Positions 49,307-57,451 of a DNA stretch of 64,000 nucleotides are shown here, piece after piece; the first letter of the stretch is position 1, and every line of letters begins with the position of its first letter. The stretch comes from Terriglobia bacterium (GTDB taxonomy: Bacteria > Acidobacteriota > Terriglobia > JAJPHL01 > JAPKYU01): assembly GCA_965218055.1 (NCBI GenBank), contig CBDCKA010000002.1, forward strand, positions 1,136,514-1,200,513, read 5' to 3'. The translations under genes were made by a program, and so were the position numbers. The notes under the pieces were generated by a model. It saw nothing but the letters and a program-made list of their open reading frames with translations. It was not told where the DNA came from and did not search any database.

Positions 49307-50497
49307 GTGACCGAGCGGCTGTACTACCACGACTCGTTTCTCAAGACATTTGAGGCGCGGGTCGCTCGCCTCGATCCAGAAGGCGTGGTGTTGGACCGTA
49401 CGGCCTTCTACCCCACGGGAGGCGGCCAGCCGCATGACGCCGGGCTACTCGGTGGAGTGCCCGTCGTGGAAGTTTTGGAGAACACGCGGGGCGAGATCGT
49501 GCATCGGCTCGACGGAGCGGCACCGGCCCAGGTCGGCGAGACGGTGCAGGGCGAAATTGACTGGACCCGCCGCACCGACCACATCCAGCAGCACTCCGGC
49601 CAGCACCTGCTCTCGGCGGTCTTCCTGCGCCAGTTCGGATTCCCCACGGTGAGCTTCCACCTGGGCGCCGAGACCTCGACGATTGACCTGGCCACCCCCG
49701 CGGTTGCACCCGAACAGGCCCAACAGGCCGAGGAACTCGTGAATGAAGTCGTGTTCGAGGACCGTCAGGTGCGCGTGTGGTTCGCCACGCCGGAGGAGGC
49801 CAAGGCCCTGCCGTTGCGCAAGGACGTGGCGCGCGAAGGCGAGCTGCGGCTGGTGGAGATTCCCGACCTGGACCTGACCGCCTGCGGCGGCACGCACGTT
49901 GCGCATACCGGGCAAATTGGTGCCGTGTTGGTGCGAAAAGTGGAGAAATCCAGGCAGGGTGTGAGGGTGGAATTTGTGTGCGGGCAGCGCGCCGTTCGTC
50001 TGGCCAGGTTGGACTACACGGCGCTGACGGAAGCAGCCAACACACTCACCACCCATCCGCATCAGGTGGCCGAGCTGGTGGGCGGGCAGCTCCAGGCTCT
50101 CAAGAGGGCCGACAGAGAGCGGCAGAAGTTGCTGGAGACGCTGGCGGGCTATGAGGCGCGCCAGATGTATGCTGAGGCGGAGGAGTCGAACGGCGTCCGT
50201 CAACTAGTGAAGCTGTTCGATGCAGCCGATCCCGGCTACGTTCGCGGGCTGGCCGCCCGGTTTGCCGCGCAGGGCAGCTCAGGACCTGGAGCGCGGGCCT
50301 TGTTTGGCGTCCGGCAACCGCCAACGCTGGTGCTGGCGCAGTCCCCCGGACTGGCGGCGAACCTGGGCGCGTTGGTGAAGGGGCTGGCGGGGGAGTACAG
50401 GCTGCGGGGCGGCGGTTCGCACGATTCGGCGCAGGCGGGCGCAGCCGACGTGGCCTCGCTGGAGCGTGCCCTGGAAGCCATCTGTCGTCAGGTATGA
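49307..50497 (+). CDS. alaX: alanyl-tRNA editing protein AlaX-L
   Basis: AlaRS second-additional-domain motifs HSGQHLL (HxxxH) and CGGTHV, followed by a DHHA1-like C-terminal region. Confidence 0.8.
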   Translation: MTERLYYHDSFLKTFEARVARLDPEGVVLDRTAFYPTGGGQPHDAGLLGGVPVVEVLENTRGEIVHRLDGAAPAQVGETVQGEIDWTRRTDHIQQHSGQHLLSAVFLRQFGFPTVSFHLGAETSTIDLATPAVAPEQAQQAEELVNEVVFEDRQVRVWFATPEEAKALPLRKDVAREGELRLVEIPDLDLTACGGTHVAHTGQIGAVLVRKVEKSRQGVRVEFVCGQRAVRLARLDYTALTEAANTLTTHPHQVAELVGGQLQALKRADRERQKLLETLAGYEARQMYAEAEESNGVRQLVKLFDAADPGYVRGLAARFAAQGSSGPGARALFGVRQPPTLVLAQSPGLAANLGALVKGLAGEYRLRGGGSHDSAQAGAADVASLERALEAICRQV

Positions 50498-50988
50498 ACT
50501 TATGCCGGAACAAACCACCGGGCTGAGGAGGATGTGCAGCGACGCCTGGTGGGGACAGCTGGAAACGGCTCGCACCGAATGGCAGACCATCCTGCAACGC
50601 TGCGCCTTCCCCGCTGAGCCGATGCCGGCCAACTGGGCCGCCATCATGGCCATCCTCGGAGTCGCCCCGCAACAGTGAGGCTGAAAGCGGCTTGCGCGCC
50701 CCGGTCCTGTTTCCGAACGTTACGCGGGCGATGGAGGCTGGCCCTAGCGGACTGCGTTTGGGGCTTGCGGGACTTCCTGGGCGCTTAGCAATGCTGAGCG
50801 AGCGGCTGTGCCCGATTCGCGTAACGGCGCGCTACCTTTACCGCGTTGACGCTATTGGGCACGATCCTCGAGCTTGAGCGCTTCTTGGAACCTCGTTTGG
50901 GGAACAGTGAGAAATCTACTCTCTGGCACGACAATGCCCTATCGGAGGTTGGTTTCTAACGGGAAGGTTTCTTAGATTTCGTCTTCAG

Positions 50989-51534
50989 TTAGAGCGTCTT
51001 CATGTAGGCGATTACATCCTCCTTTTCTTTCGGGGTAAGGGTGTCCTTGAACGATGGCATCCCTCTGCCTTTCTTATTGAGGATCTCGCGGAGCGTGTCA
51101 TCGGTGGCGTCTTTGCCCCTGCCTTTAAGCCCGGGGCCTTTTAGTTGATAGGTGCTAGTGGCTTCGTGGCAGGCTGCACATTTCCTCAAGAAGACACCCT
51201 TACCAGTTTCGCGGTCTACTTTCGGGAACTCAGACGGGGGAGGAACGGACTTACCGCTTCGTACCAACTCGACGACGAGGTGCGCGATGGAGGAGCGTGA
51301 AGCTGGTTTGATCACGCCGATCACATCTCCCGAAAACACTTCCTGGCCCGCTTCAACGAATACTTCCGAGAGATTTCTGTAGACCAAAAGCTCATCCAAG
51401 TTGCCCTCATCCAGGGTGATCTCGATGGTATGACCCTTGGAGACACGTGAGCCCGGATTTCCTTTATGAACTATCGGCGGCAACCTTCTGAATGACTCCA
51501 ACGTCAGTATTGATGCGGGTTCCAGCATCAACAT
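50989..51534 (-). CDS. degenerate M23 (LytM)-like domain fused to a c-type cytochrome domain; N-terminus probably lost to the IS1380-family insertion
   Basis: …GHTIEITLDEGNLDELLVYRNLSEVFVEAGQEVFSGDVIGVIKPASRSSIAHLVVEL resembles the M23 block …TLYAHLS..V..GQ.V..GQ.IG.VG.TGRSTGPHLHFE but lacks the catalytic His. The C-terminal part carries a CAACHE haem site. No signal peptide is present, and the listed ORF extends into the IS. Confidence 0.55.
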   Translation of the reverse strand: MLMLEPASILTLESFRRLPPIVHKGNPGSRVSKGHTIEITLDEGNLDELLVYRNLSEVFVEAGQEVFSGDVIGVIKPASRSSIAHLVVELVRSGKSVPPPSEFPKVDRETGKGVFLRKCAACHEATSTYQLKGPGLKGRGKDATDDTLREILNKKGRGMPSFKDTLTPKEKEDVIAYMKTL

Positions 51535-51540
51535 TGCCTT

Positions 51541-53110
51541 CCGGAGGTGTACACCGAATGGGTGAGAGCCAAAAACAGGCGTTTCAACTGTCATTCAACC
51601 GGTTTCTGCGGGTCACATTTCAGGGATCGCGAATCACTTCCGACGGCGGTCTGATTCTGGTGCGCGAGTTGGACGAACGTTTGGGGTTCGGCGAACTTAT
51701 CGAACAGCACTTGATCGACTCTCGGGGAAGAACACCCGGTTGCCCCTCGCTGACTTGCTGCGGCAGTCCATCTACAGCCGCTTGGCAGGATACGAAGACG
51801 TCAACGACGCCGAGCGGCTTTCCCAAGATCCGACGTTCCGGCTGATCGGTTCGGAGAAGATCTGGGAACGTGGCGCAGCCCTGACTTCCCGGTTACAGTC
51901 GTTCGAGACAGAACTGCTGACGCAAGACGAGAACCTTGCTGGTTTGGCAGCGATCAACCGGGATTTGATCGCCAGGGCGGAAGCTATGGATGCGCCGCGC
52001 CGGGTGGTGCTGGACATGGACAGCACCGAGATCCCGGTCTACGGGGAGCAGGAACAGAGCGCCTACAACGGGCATTTCGAGTCGAGTTGCTATCACCCGT
52101 TGTTGCTGTTCAGTCGCGAGGGTGACTGTCTGGCGGCCAAGCTGCGACCCGGCAACGTGCACAGCGCCGAGGATTGGGAAGAACTTCTCCTGCCAGAGAT
52201 CGAACGGCAGCAGAAGCTGGGCAAGGAAGTGGTGTTTCGCGCCGACGCCGCCTTCGCCAAGCCGGAGATCTACGACGCACTGGAGGAGCGGGACGTGAAG
52301 TATGCGATTCGCATCCCGGCCAACGACAGTCTGGAGAGGGACATCGCGGAGTTGTTGACGCGGTCAGTGGGGCGACCGAGCCACAAGCCGGTGGTCTGGT
52401 ACAAGAGCTTTCTCTACCAGGCAGCCAGTTGGAAAAAGGCGCGGCGGGTGGTGGCGAAGGTGGAGTTCCACTTTGGCGAACTGTTCCCTCGCGTGGGGTT
52501 CATCGTCACCAATCTGGAGACCGACAGCCGGGCGGTGGTCCGGTTCTACAACAAGCGGGGCACCGCAGAGCAATGGATCAAGGAAGGCAAGCAGGCGGTA
52601 AAGATGACCCGGCTGAGTTGCCATCGGTTTCGGTCGAACGAGGTGCGCCTATGGCTGAGCCTGATCGCCTACAACTTGGGAAACCTGTGGCGGCGGCTGG
52701 TGCTACCGAAGAGGATCAACAACTGGTCGCTGACGAGTTTGCAGCAGCGGCTGGTGAAAACGGGCGGACGGCTGGTGAAACATGCACGATATTACTGGCT
52801 TTTGCTGGCCGAAGGGCACTTGAGCCGGAGGCTGTTCAGCAGCATGCTGCGAACGATCTCGGCACTGCCGCTGCCAGACGGCTAGCGACCCAGGAGAGAG
52901 GGTAATTTTAGGTGCTCAGAAGTGGTCGGGCCGGACAAGTGTCAGCGGCGAGGCAGGCTGGGCAGGCGAAACCCGCACAGCGACTCCGAAGAACAGCCAA
53001 AATGTGCCGCACTACCACCTCAAAGAGGCCCGGGCGATTTGCGATTGACACGACAGGGTACGAGGCATAGGTTTTCGGGTGAAGGGGAAGCTCAAAATGG
53101 AAATTCCGGC
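51541..53110 (+). mobile_element. IS1380-family insertion sequence (about 1.6 kb; ends approximate)
   Basis: The transposase has the IS1380 hallmarks (…TSDGGLILVRELDERLGFGELI…RLAGYEDVNDAERL…YNGHFESSCYHPLLLF…LVKHARYYWLLLAE). The left end is placed near CCGGAGG at 51541. The right end is placed where LOG-gene homology breaks, at about 53095-53115. Confidence 0.55.
51558..52885 (+). pseudogene. IS1380-family DDE transposase, -1 frameshifted at the run GGGGAAGAA (about 51728)
   Basis: The N-terminal 58 codons are in the 51492-frame (MGESQKQAFQLSF…DSRG). The remainder is in the 51740-frame (KNTRLPLADLLRQSIYSRLAGYEDVN…). One missing base would restore the conserved DSRGKNTRLPLADLL. Confidence 0.75.
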
Positions 53111-53315
53111 TTAGATGTCGTGGGATGACGCCGGCGACACTGCCGCCGTGCGCAAGGACGGCATTGGCCAGGACCCCCATCAGCCCGACGCGGGCGCCGC
53201 CGTAAACCAGCCCAATCCCTTCCGTCGCCATCAGGCGGCCCAGGGTCTCGGCCTGTTCGACATACCCCTTCTCGTGTCCGATGTTGCCGGCCAAGTAGAC
53301 GCAGATGTGCTTCAT
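53095..53315 (-). pseudogene. LOG-family protein (cytokinin riboside 5'-monophosphate phosphoribohydrolase-like), 3'-truncated
   Basis: MKHICVYLAGN…VYGGARVGLMGVLANAVLAHGGSVAGVIP matches the LOG GGxxGxMG/PGGxGT blocks. Similarity ends after about 75 codons, at the inferred IS1380 right end. Confidence 0.5.
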
Positions 53316-53569
53316 GCCATTGGATGTGCTGGGTTGACACCACGTTCGGAGGCGTCTCTGTTTGGTGATCCCGTGGTCGACATCATACCGACTCTCCAAC
53401 TCGGCGCTGGTGACCTATCGCTGCTGGACGATCAGCGCTCCTTATCCCGTTCCGGCATCAACACGAACTTGGGGTACGCCTTGATCCCGAGTTTCGCGAC
53501 GTCGCCGACGAGTTGTTCCGCTCGGTTCAACACCTTTGAACGACGGCCGCACACATGGCCCTCAACTGC

Positions 53570-54247
53570 TTATGGTGTGGCACTGAACCTGGGGGACACT
53601 GGTGAACTGCCTTCGATCGGAAGACCCACCTGCACGAAACGTGGCGACTTTGCGCTGGCGACCGTGACGTACTTGTAGATGGTGCCATCCGAGGCGCGCG
53701 GCGCGGTTGGGTGATCCACGACTTGCTTCGTTCCGTCCACGAGCGGCCCCAGATCGTCGGCACGCAGCAGACCGGCCGGGGAGTTGCCCGCGAGGGGCGA
53801 CAGCAGAGTGGTGTAGACCGCGTCACCGCTCAGAGCCACGATGTGAATCTCGCGTGAGACGTCTCCTGGGTGGCCAGCAAGAATCGGAGTGGCTTGAGCA
53901 ACCCCGAAAACGAGCGAATTGTTTTCCCTAAAAGCTGAGCCGATGGTGGTCGGCAGAGTAAAGGTGTGAGAACCATACTTGGTTTCTTGGTCCGCAGGCA
54001 AGACAACGTCTATTCTGAGGGCAACTGCGAGCCGCCTGATGGCGGCGCTGAAGAGGGCATGGTCCTTGGTGAGCCGGTATTCTAGCGCGTGTAGATCAGC
54101 CTCGGTAGCCATGTTCTTCTCGATGGAGGAGAGTCTACTCTCAATTGTGCCGAGGGTCATGCCGACCGTGAAAGTGTATGTCAAGATCGTGATCAGGAGT
54201 GTGACCCCCCCGATGATGATGCCGACGGCAATGTCTTTCTTTATCAT
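53570..54247 (-). CDS. hypothetical membrane-anchored protein
   Basis: N-terminal TM helix and 225 aa; IS3 copy 4 lies 28 bp upstream of its start codon. Confidence 0.5.
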   Translation of the reverse strand: MIKKDIAVGIIIGGVTLLITILTYTFTVGMTLGTIESRLSSIEKNMATEADLHALEYRLTKDHALFSAAIRRLAVALRIDVVLPADQETKYGSHTFTLPTTIGSAFRENNSLVFGVAQATPILAGHPGDVSREIHIVALSGDAVYTTLLSPLAGNSPAGLLRADDLGPLVDGTKQVVDHPTAPRASDGTIYKYVTVASAKSPRFVQVGLPIEGSSPVSPRFSATP

Positions 54248-54331
54248 TCGTCTCGTGTTATCGGTCGTAAGCCTTGCCCTGGACTGGGTAATTTAGACAC
54301 TGAGGTTGGGAATTAACTACCCTGGTGTCAT

Positions 54332-54592
54332 ATGAACAAAAAACATCATCGTATTGCAGCTGACGTAAAAGCCGATATCCTACGCCGCGTCAAGGAAGAA
54401 GGCATCTCGGTGGCCCAGGCCGCCAAGGATCACGGTATTTCTGAAGGGAGCATCTATGGTTGGATGGTAAAAGGAGCAACCGGTGCCCCGTCCTGGGCGG
54501 AGTTCTCCCGACTTCAGAAGCAGAACAGAGAACTCCTGGAACTCGTGGGCGAGATCACGCTCAAGCTCTCCATGACTCAAAAAAACAATTGA
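54332..54592 (+). CDS. IS3-family transposase OrfA (copy 4)
   Basis: Identical to copy 1. Confidence 0.85.
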   Translation: MNKKHHRIAADVKADILRRVKEEGISVAQAAKDHGISEGSIYGWMVKGATGAPSWAEFSRLQKQNRELLELVGEITLKLSMTQKNN

Positions 54593-55377
54593 GCGAAGGA
54601 AGAAACAAATCAGCGCTTGCCCGAGCCCTTGGCATATCCCGCGCGAGCCTGTATTACGTCCCAAGAATGAAGGAGAAGGACTGGCGCCTCAAGGTCCGCC
54701 TGGAAGAAGAGCTGCAGATCCATCCCTCCTACGGCTCCCGGCGAATTGCTACGGCACTGGGACTCTGCCGCCAGCGGGCGCAGAGGGTCATGCGTCTGTT
54801 TGGCATCAAGCCCTACCGCAGGAGAGGCAGAAAATGGAGAAAATCCAAGGTTTCCCGGACCTATCCCAACCTCCTGCTCGCGCTCATGCCCGCATATGCA
54901 AACCACATCTGGGCAACGGACTTCACCGAGTTCGTGCAGCACGGAAAGAAGGTCTATGTGGCGACCGTGATCGATCTCTACACCCGCCGGATCCTGGGAA
55001 TCCAGGTTGCGGTGAGAAAGGGAGCCGCGCTCACCATTCAGGCGCTTTCCAACGCCCTGCTCCATCATCCGCGCCCGGGTCTATTCCACTCCGACAACGG
55101 GAGGGAGTATGACGCGATGGCGTTCACTGAAATCCTTGATGGATGCGGCATCGTGATTTCACGGAGCCGCCCGGGGTGCCCTTGGGAGAACGGATACCAG
55201 GAATCGTTCTACGACAAATTCAAGGTTGACCTGGGAGATCCGAACCGCTTCAAAACACTGGGGGAGCTAGTGGCGGAGATCTACCGCACCCTGTGGGACT
55301 ACAACAACACGCGGATTCACTCCGCGCTCAACATGCCGCCTGTGGTATTCGCCAAACGGTATGCGTTAGTCGCGTAA
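54460..55377 (+). CDS. IS3-family transposase OrfB (copy 4)
   Basis: Identical to copy 1. Confidence 0.85.
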   Translation: MDGKRSNRCPVLGGVLPTSEAEQRTPGTRGRDHAQALHDSKKQLSEGRNKSALARALGISRASLYYVPRMKEKDWRLKVRLEEELQIHPSYGSRRIATALGLCRQRAQRVMRLFGIKPYRRRGRKWRKSKVSRTYPNLLLALMPAYANHIWATDFTEFVQHGKKVYVATVIDLYTRRILGIQVAVRKGAALTIQALSNALLHHPRPGLFHSDNGREYDAMAFTEILDGCGIVISRSRPGCPWENGYQESFYDKFKVDLGDPNRFKTLGELVAEIYRTLWDYNNTRIHSALNMPPVVFAKRYALVA

Positions 55378-55406
55378 AAAACTCTCAGAATCAGTGTCTA
55401 AAGAAA

Positions 55407-55922
55407 TCAGTCCTTGACAGCCTCGACACTAACCTCCTCTCCAGCGCCGATTATGGCGACCTCGGAATCGCAGCCCTTGAAACCGAGGAAAGGAATAACG
55501 ACTCCTGTACTTGATAGTGGGAGGGACGGACTGATCACGGACCAAGTGTTGTCGCTGCCCATGTGCTGCACGTAGAAGGTGTCCACCTTCACACAGCCGT
55601 CACCGTCGTCAACGATCTCCCCGTAGCCGAAGCGCTCCTGTTCTGTGGGAGGAAAGTACCAATAATGGACGCCCTTGGCTGCAAATTCTTCGGATTTGAA
55701 TCTGGCCCACATTCCGTCTGCAAAAGAAAACTCCTTTAATTCGCCATCAGGTCCCCTAAGAAAAACGTCGTATTGTGAAGGGGACGAACAGAGGTTGAAG
55801 ACGTGGAACGCCGTGCTCCATCCGACTCCCTGGCGGATGTGGGGAATGAACTGGTTTGACTGCGCGAAAGCGACTGTGGATAAAAGGGACAGCAGGACCG
55901 GCAAGATCAGGATGGGCCTCAT
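55407..55922 (-). CDS. secreted hypothetical protein
   Basis: Signal peptide MRPILILPVLLSLLSTVAFAQ; 171 aa. Confidence 0.5.
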   Translation of the reverse strand: MRPILILPVLLSLLSTVAFAQSNQFIPHIRQGVGWSTAFHVFNLCSSPSQYDVFLRGPDGELKEFSFADGMWARFKSEEFAAKGVHYWYFPPTEQERFGYGEIVDDGDGCVKVDTFYVQHMGSDNTWSVISPSLPLSSTGVVIPFLGFKGCDSEVAIIGAGEEVSVEAVKD

Positions 55923-56135
55923 GGGAGCTCGCTCCTTGAAGAGATGAGGTCGTCCTGTGCCGAATTGGGAGCGAAAAGAGCCGCTGAAGCGTAGAATACT
56001 TCTTAGGCCCGCTCTTCCTCAGCACAGGACGAGTGGGTTTAGGGCTCGCTGGGTGTGTTCAGCACTCAGCGGGCTCGTCTCAAACAGCCGCTATCCTAAC
56101 GCAACCATCCTGCCGGTGGCAAGCATATAAAAGAC

Positions 56136-56164
56136 TTGACAGGCCAGCCAAGCGGGGCTACATT
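56136..56164 (+). promoter_or_regulatory. sigma-70-like promoter (TTGACA-17-TACATT) driving a leaderless or short-leader small ORF
   Basis: TTGACA at 56136-56141, a 17-nt spacer and TACATT at 56159-56164. The ATG lies at 56175. Confidence 0.4.
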
Positions 56165-56174
56165 CCCAAAAACC

Positions 56175-56300
56175 ATGAAGAAAAACAGCACCAGCGAGGA
56201 CAAGTTCAAGGTAGAAAAAAAGACGTTCGATCTGGTCCTTGGCAAGCTCCTCAACGCCAAGCCGTTCCCGAAAAGTCACACAAGGAAGTGCCCGAAGTAA
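56175..56300 (+). CDS. small Lys-rich ORF (41 aa: MKKNSTSEDKFKVEKKTFDLVLGKLLNAKPFPKSHTRKCPK)
   Basis: A consensus promoter lies immediately upstream; no Shine-Dalgarno, so it may be leaderless. It could instead be a non-coding RNA. Confidence 0.3.
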   Translation: MKKNSTSEDKFKVEKKTFDLVLGKLLNAKPFPKSHTRKCPK

Positions 56301-56452
56301 AGCCTAGTCCGCACTTAGCGCACTACCTAAGACCAGGTAGTGTCCTAATTTGACCCAGGGGCGGTTTTGGGCTTGACAGGGACCATGTTGTGCCATGGTA
56401 GCACACCATACCGCATCTGGTGGTCTGACTTGAGTCCGTGGCGTTTTTGTGC

Positions 56453-56481
56453 TTGAAAGCGCCTTGGGGGACAGATATTCT
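56453..56481 (+). promoter_or_regulatory. sigma-70-like promoter (TTGAAA-17-TATTCT) for the small-protein/aspartic-protease cassette
   Basis: TTGAAA at 56453-56458 and TATTCT at 56476-56481. The predicted 5' UTR is about 137 nt and contains a GGGGT-GATTGT-ACCCC hairpin and a strong AAAGGAGGAGAG Shine-Dalgarno. Confidence 0.4.
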
Positions 56482-56624
56482 GACAGAGGTGGCATCATAA
56501 TTTGAAGCTCCTCCTGTGATTATATCCTTGACTAACCTCGCGGGGGGTGATTGTACCCCGAAGCTCACCCACGAAGGCATCTTCCACCAAATCCAACCTA
56601 AGCATCTTATTAAAGGAGGAGAGC

Positions 56625-56879
56625 ATGAGTATGGGAAAAGGAACACTTCTAGGGAAAGAGATTGCCTTTTTTGAAAGAGAGCAAGAGATGCTGTTGCGGG
56701 AGTATCCCAATCGATACCTCGTGATCTACGGCGATGCCCTGGAGGGCGACTTCGGGGAGTACAAAAATGCTCTGAAGTTCAGCTTCGACAAGCATGGCGA
56801 GGAGCCAGTTCTCATTCGCCGTCCTGGAGACAAGACACAAACCATCGTTGCGCCAGCACTCGTATTGGGGTTGCTGTAA
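56625..56879 (+). CDS. small hypothetical protein (84 aa) partnered with a retropepsin-like protease
   Basis: MSMGKGTLLGKEIAFFEREQEMLLREYPNRYLVIYGDALEGDFGEYKNALKFSFDKHGEEPVLIRRPGDKTQTIVAPALVLGLL. A strong Shine-Dalgarno precedes it and its stop overlaps the next start (TAATG). Confidence 0.6.
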   Translation: MSMGKGTLLGKEIAFFEREQEMLLREYPNRYLVIYGDALEGDFGEYKNALKFSFDKHGEEPVLIRRPGDKTQTIVAPALVLGLL

Positions 56880-57355
56880 TGGCGATCTTCAACATCCGAG
56901 CTGAAAGGCACGATAGGGATGGGCGCGTCGTAGCGGCCCCCGAAGTACTCATGCAGGGCGGTCCCGTCCTGCCTGCGATATTGACGCTACCAAGAGATTT
57001 AGAGAAAGCACTTCCAGGCCCAAGATCGTTGCAAGGGGTTGCCCTGATCGATACGGGGGCCTCCAGGAGTTGCTTCGACATTGAAGCGGCAGAAGAAATT
57101 GGCTTGCCTGTTAGGAACACGGAAGATATTGCGTCCGTTTCGGATGTCGTCAAAGACGTTCCAATATTTGCAGGGGAACTGACCATCCTGGGACTCACAA
57201 AGTTCGATCTCCTAGCCGCAGGACTCCCATTGAAGCGAACATGGCTCAAAGGAAAAGATACACCTCCCTTGATCGCTCTTGTTGGGCGAGATATCCTCAG
57301 CCGAGGGATGTTCGTCTACAACGGCCCGGATGGTTTTGCATCTCTGGCCATTTGA
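56879..57355 (+). CDS. retropepsin-like (clan AA) aspartic protease
   Basis: Catalytic motif ALIDTGAS with hydrophobic-hydrophobic-DTGA in the usual position of bacterial retropepsin-like proteases. 158 aa, translationally coupled to the upstream small gene. Confidence 0.75.
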   Translation: MAIFNIRAERHDRDGRVVAAPEVLMQGGPVLPAILTLPRDLEKALPGPRSLQGVALIDTGASRSCFDIEAAEEIGLPVRNTEDIASVSDVVKDVPIFAGELTILGLTKFDLLAAGLPLKRTWLKGKDTPPLIALVGRDILSRGMFVYNGPDGFASLAI

Positions 57356-57451
57356 TTTTCTTCAAGCGTTAATTTAAGATTAAAGCCTCCGGGACTGCTC
57401 TCCACAGCCCCGGAGGACCGGGAAGCGGCGCTGATTCAGGAGTTCCGCTGT

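Larger units (their letters stand above)
54275..55419 (+). mobile_element. IS3-family insertion sequence, copy 4 (1145 bp) with 4-bp target-site duplication GCCT
   Basis: Terminal repeats are identical to copy 1 and are flanked by GCCT at 54271-54274 and 55420-55423. Confidence 0.9.
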
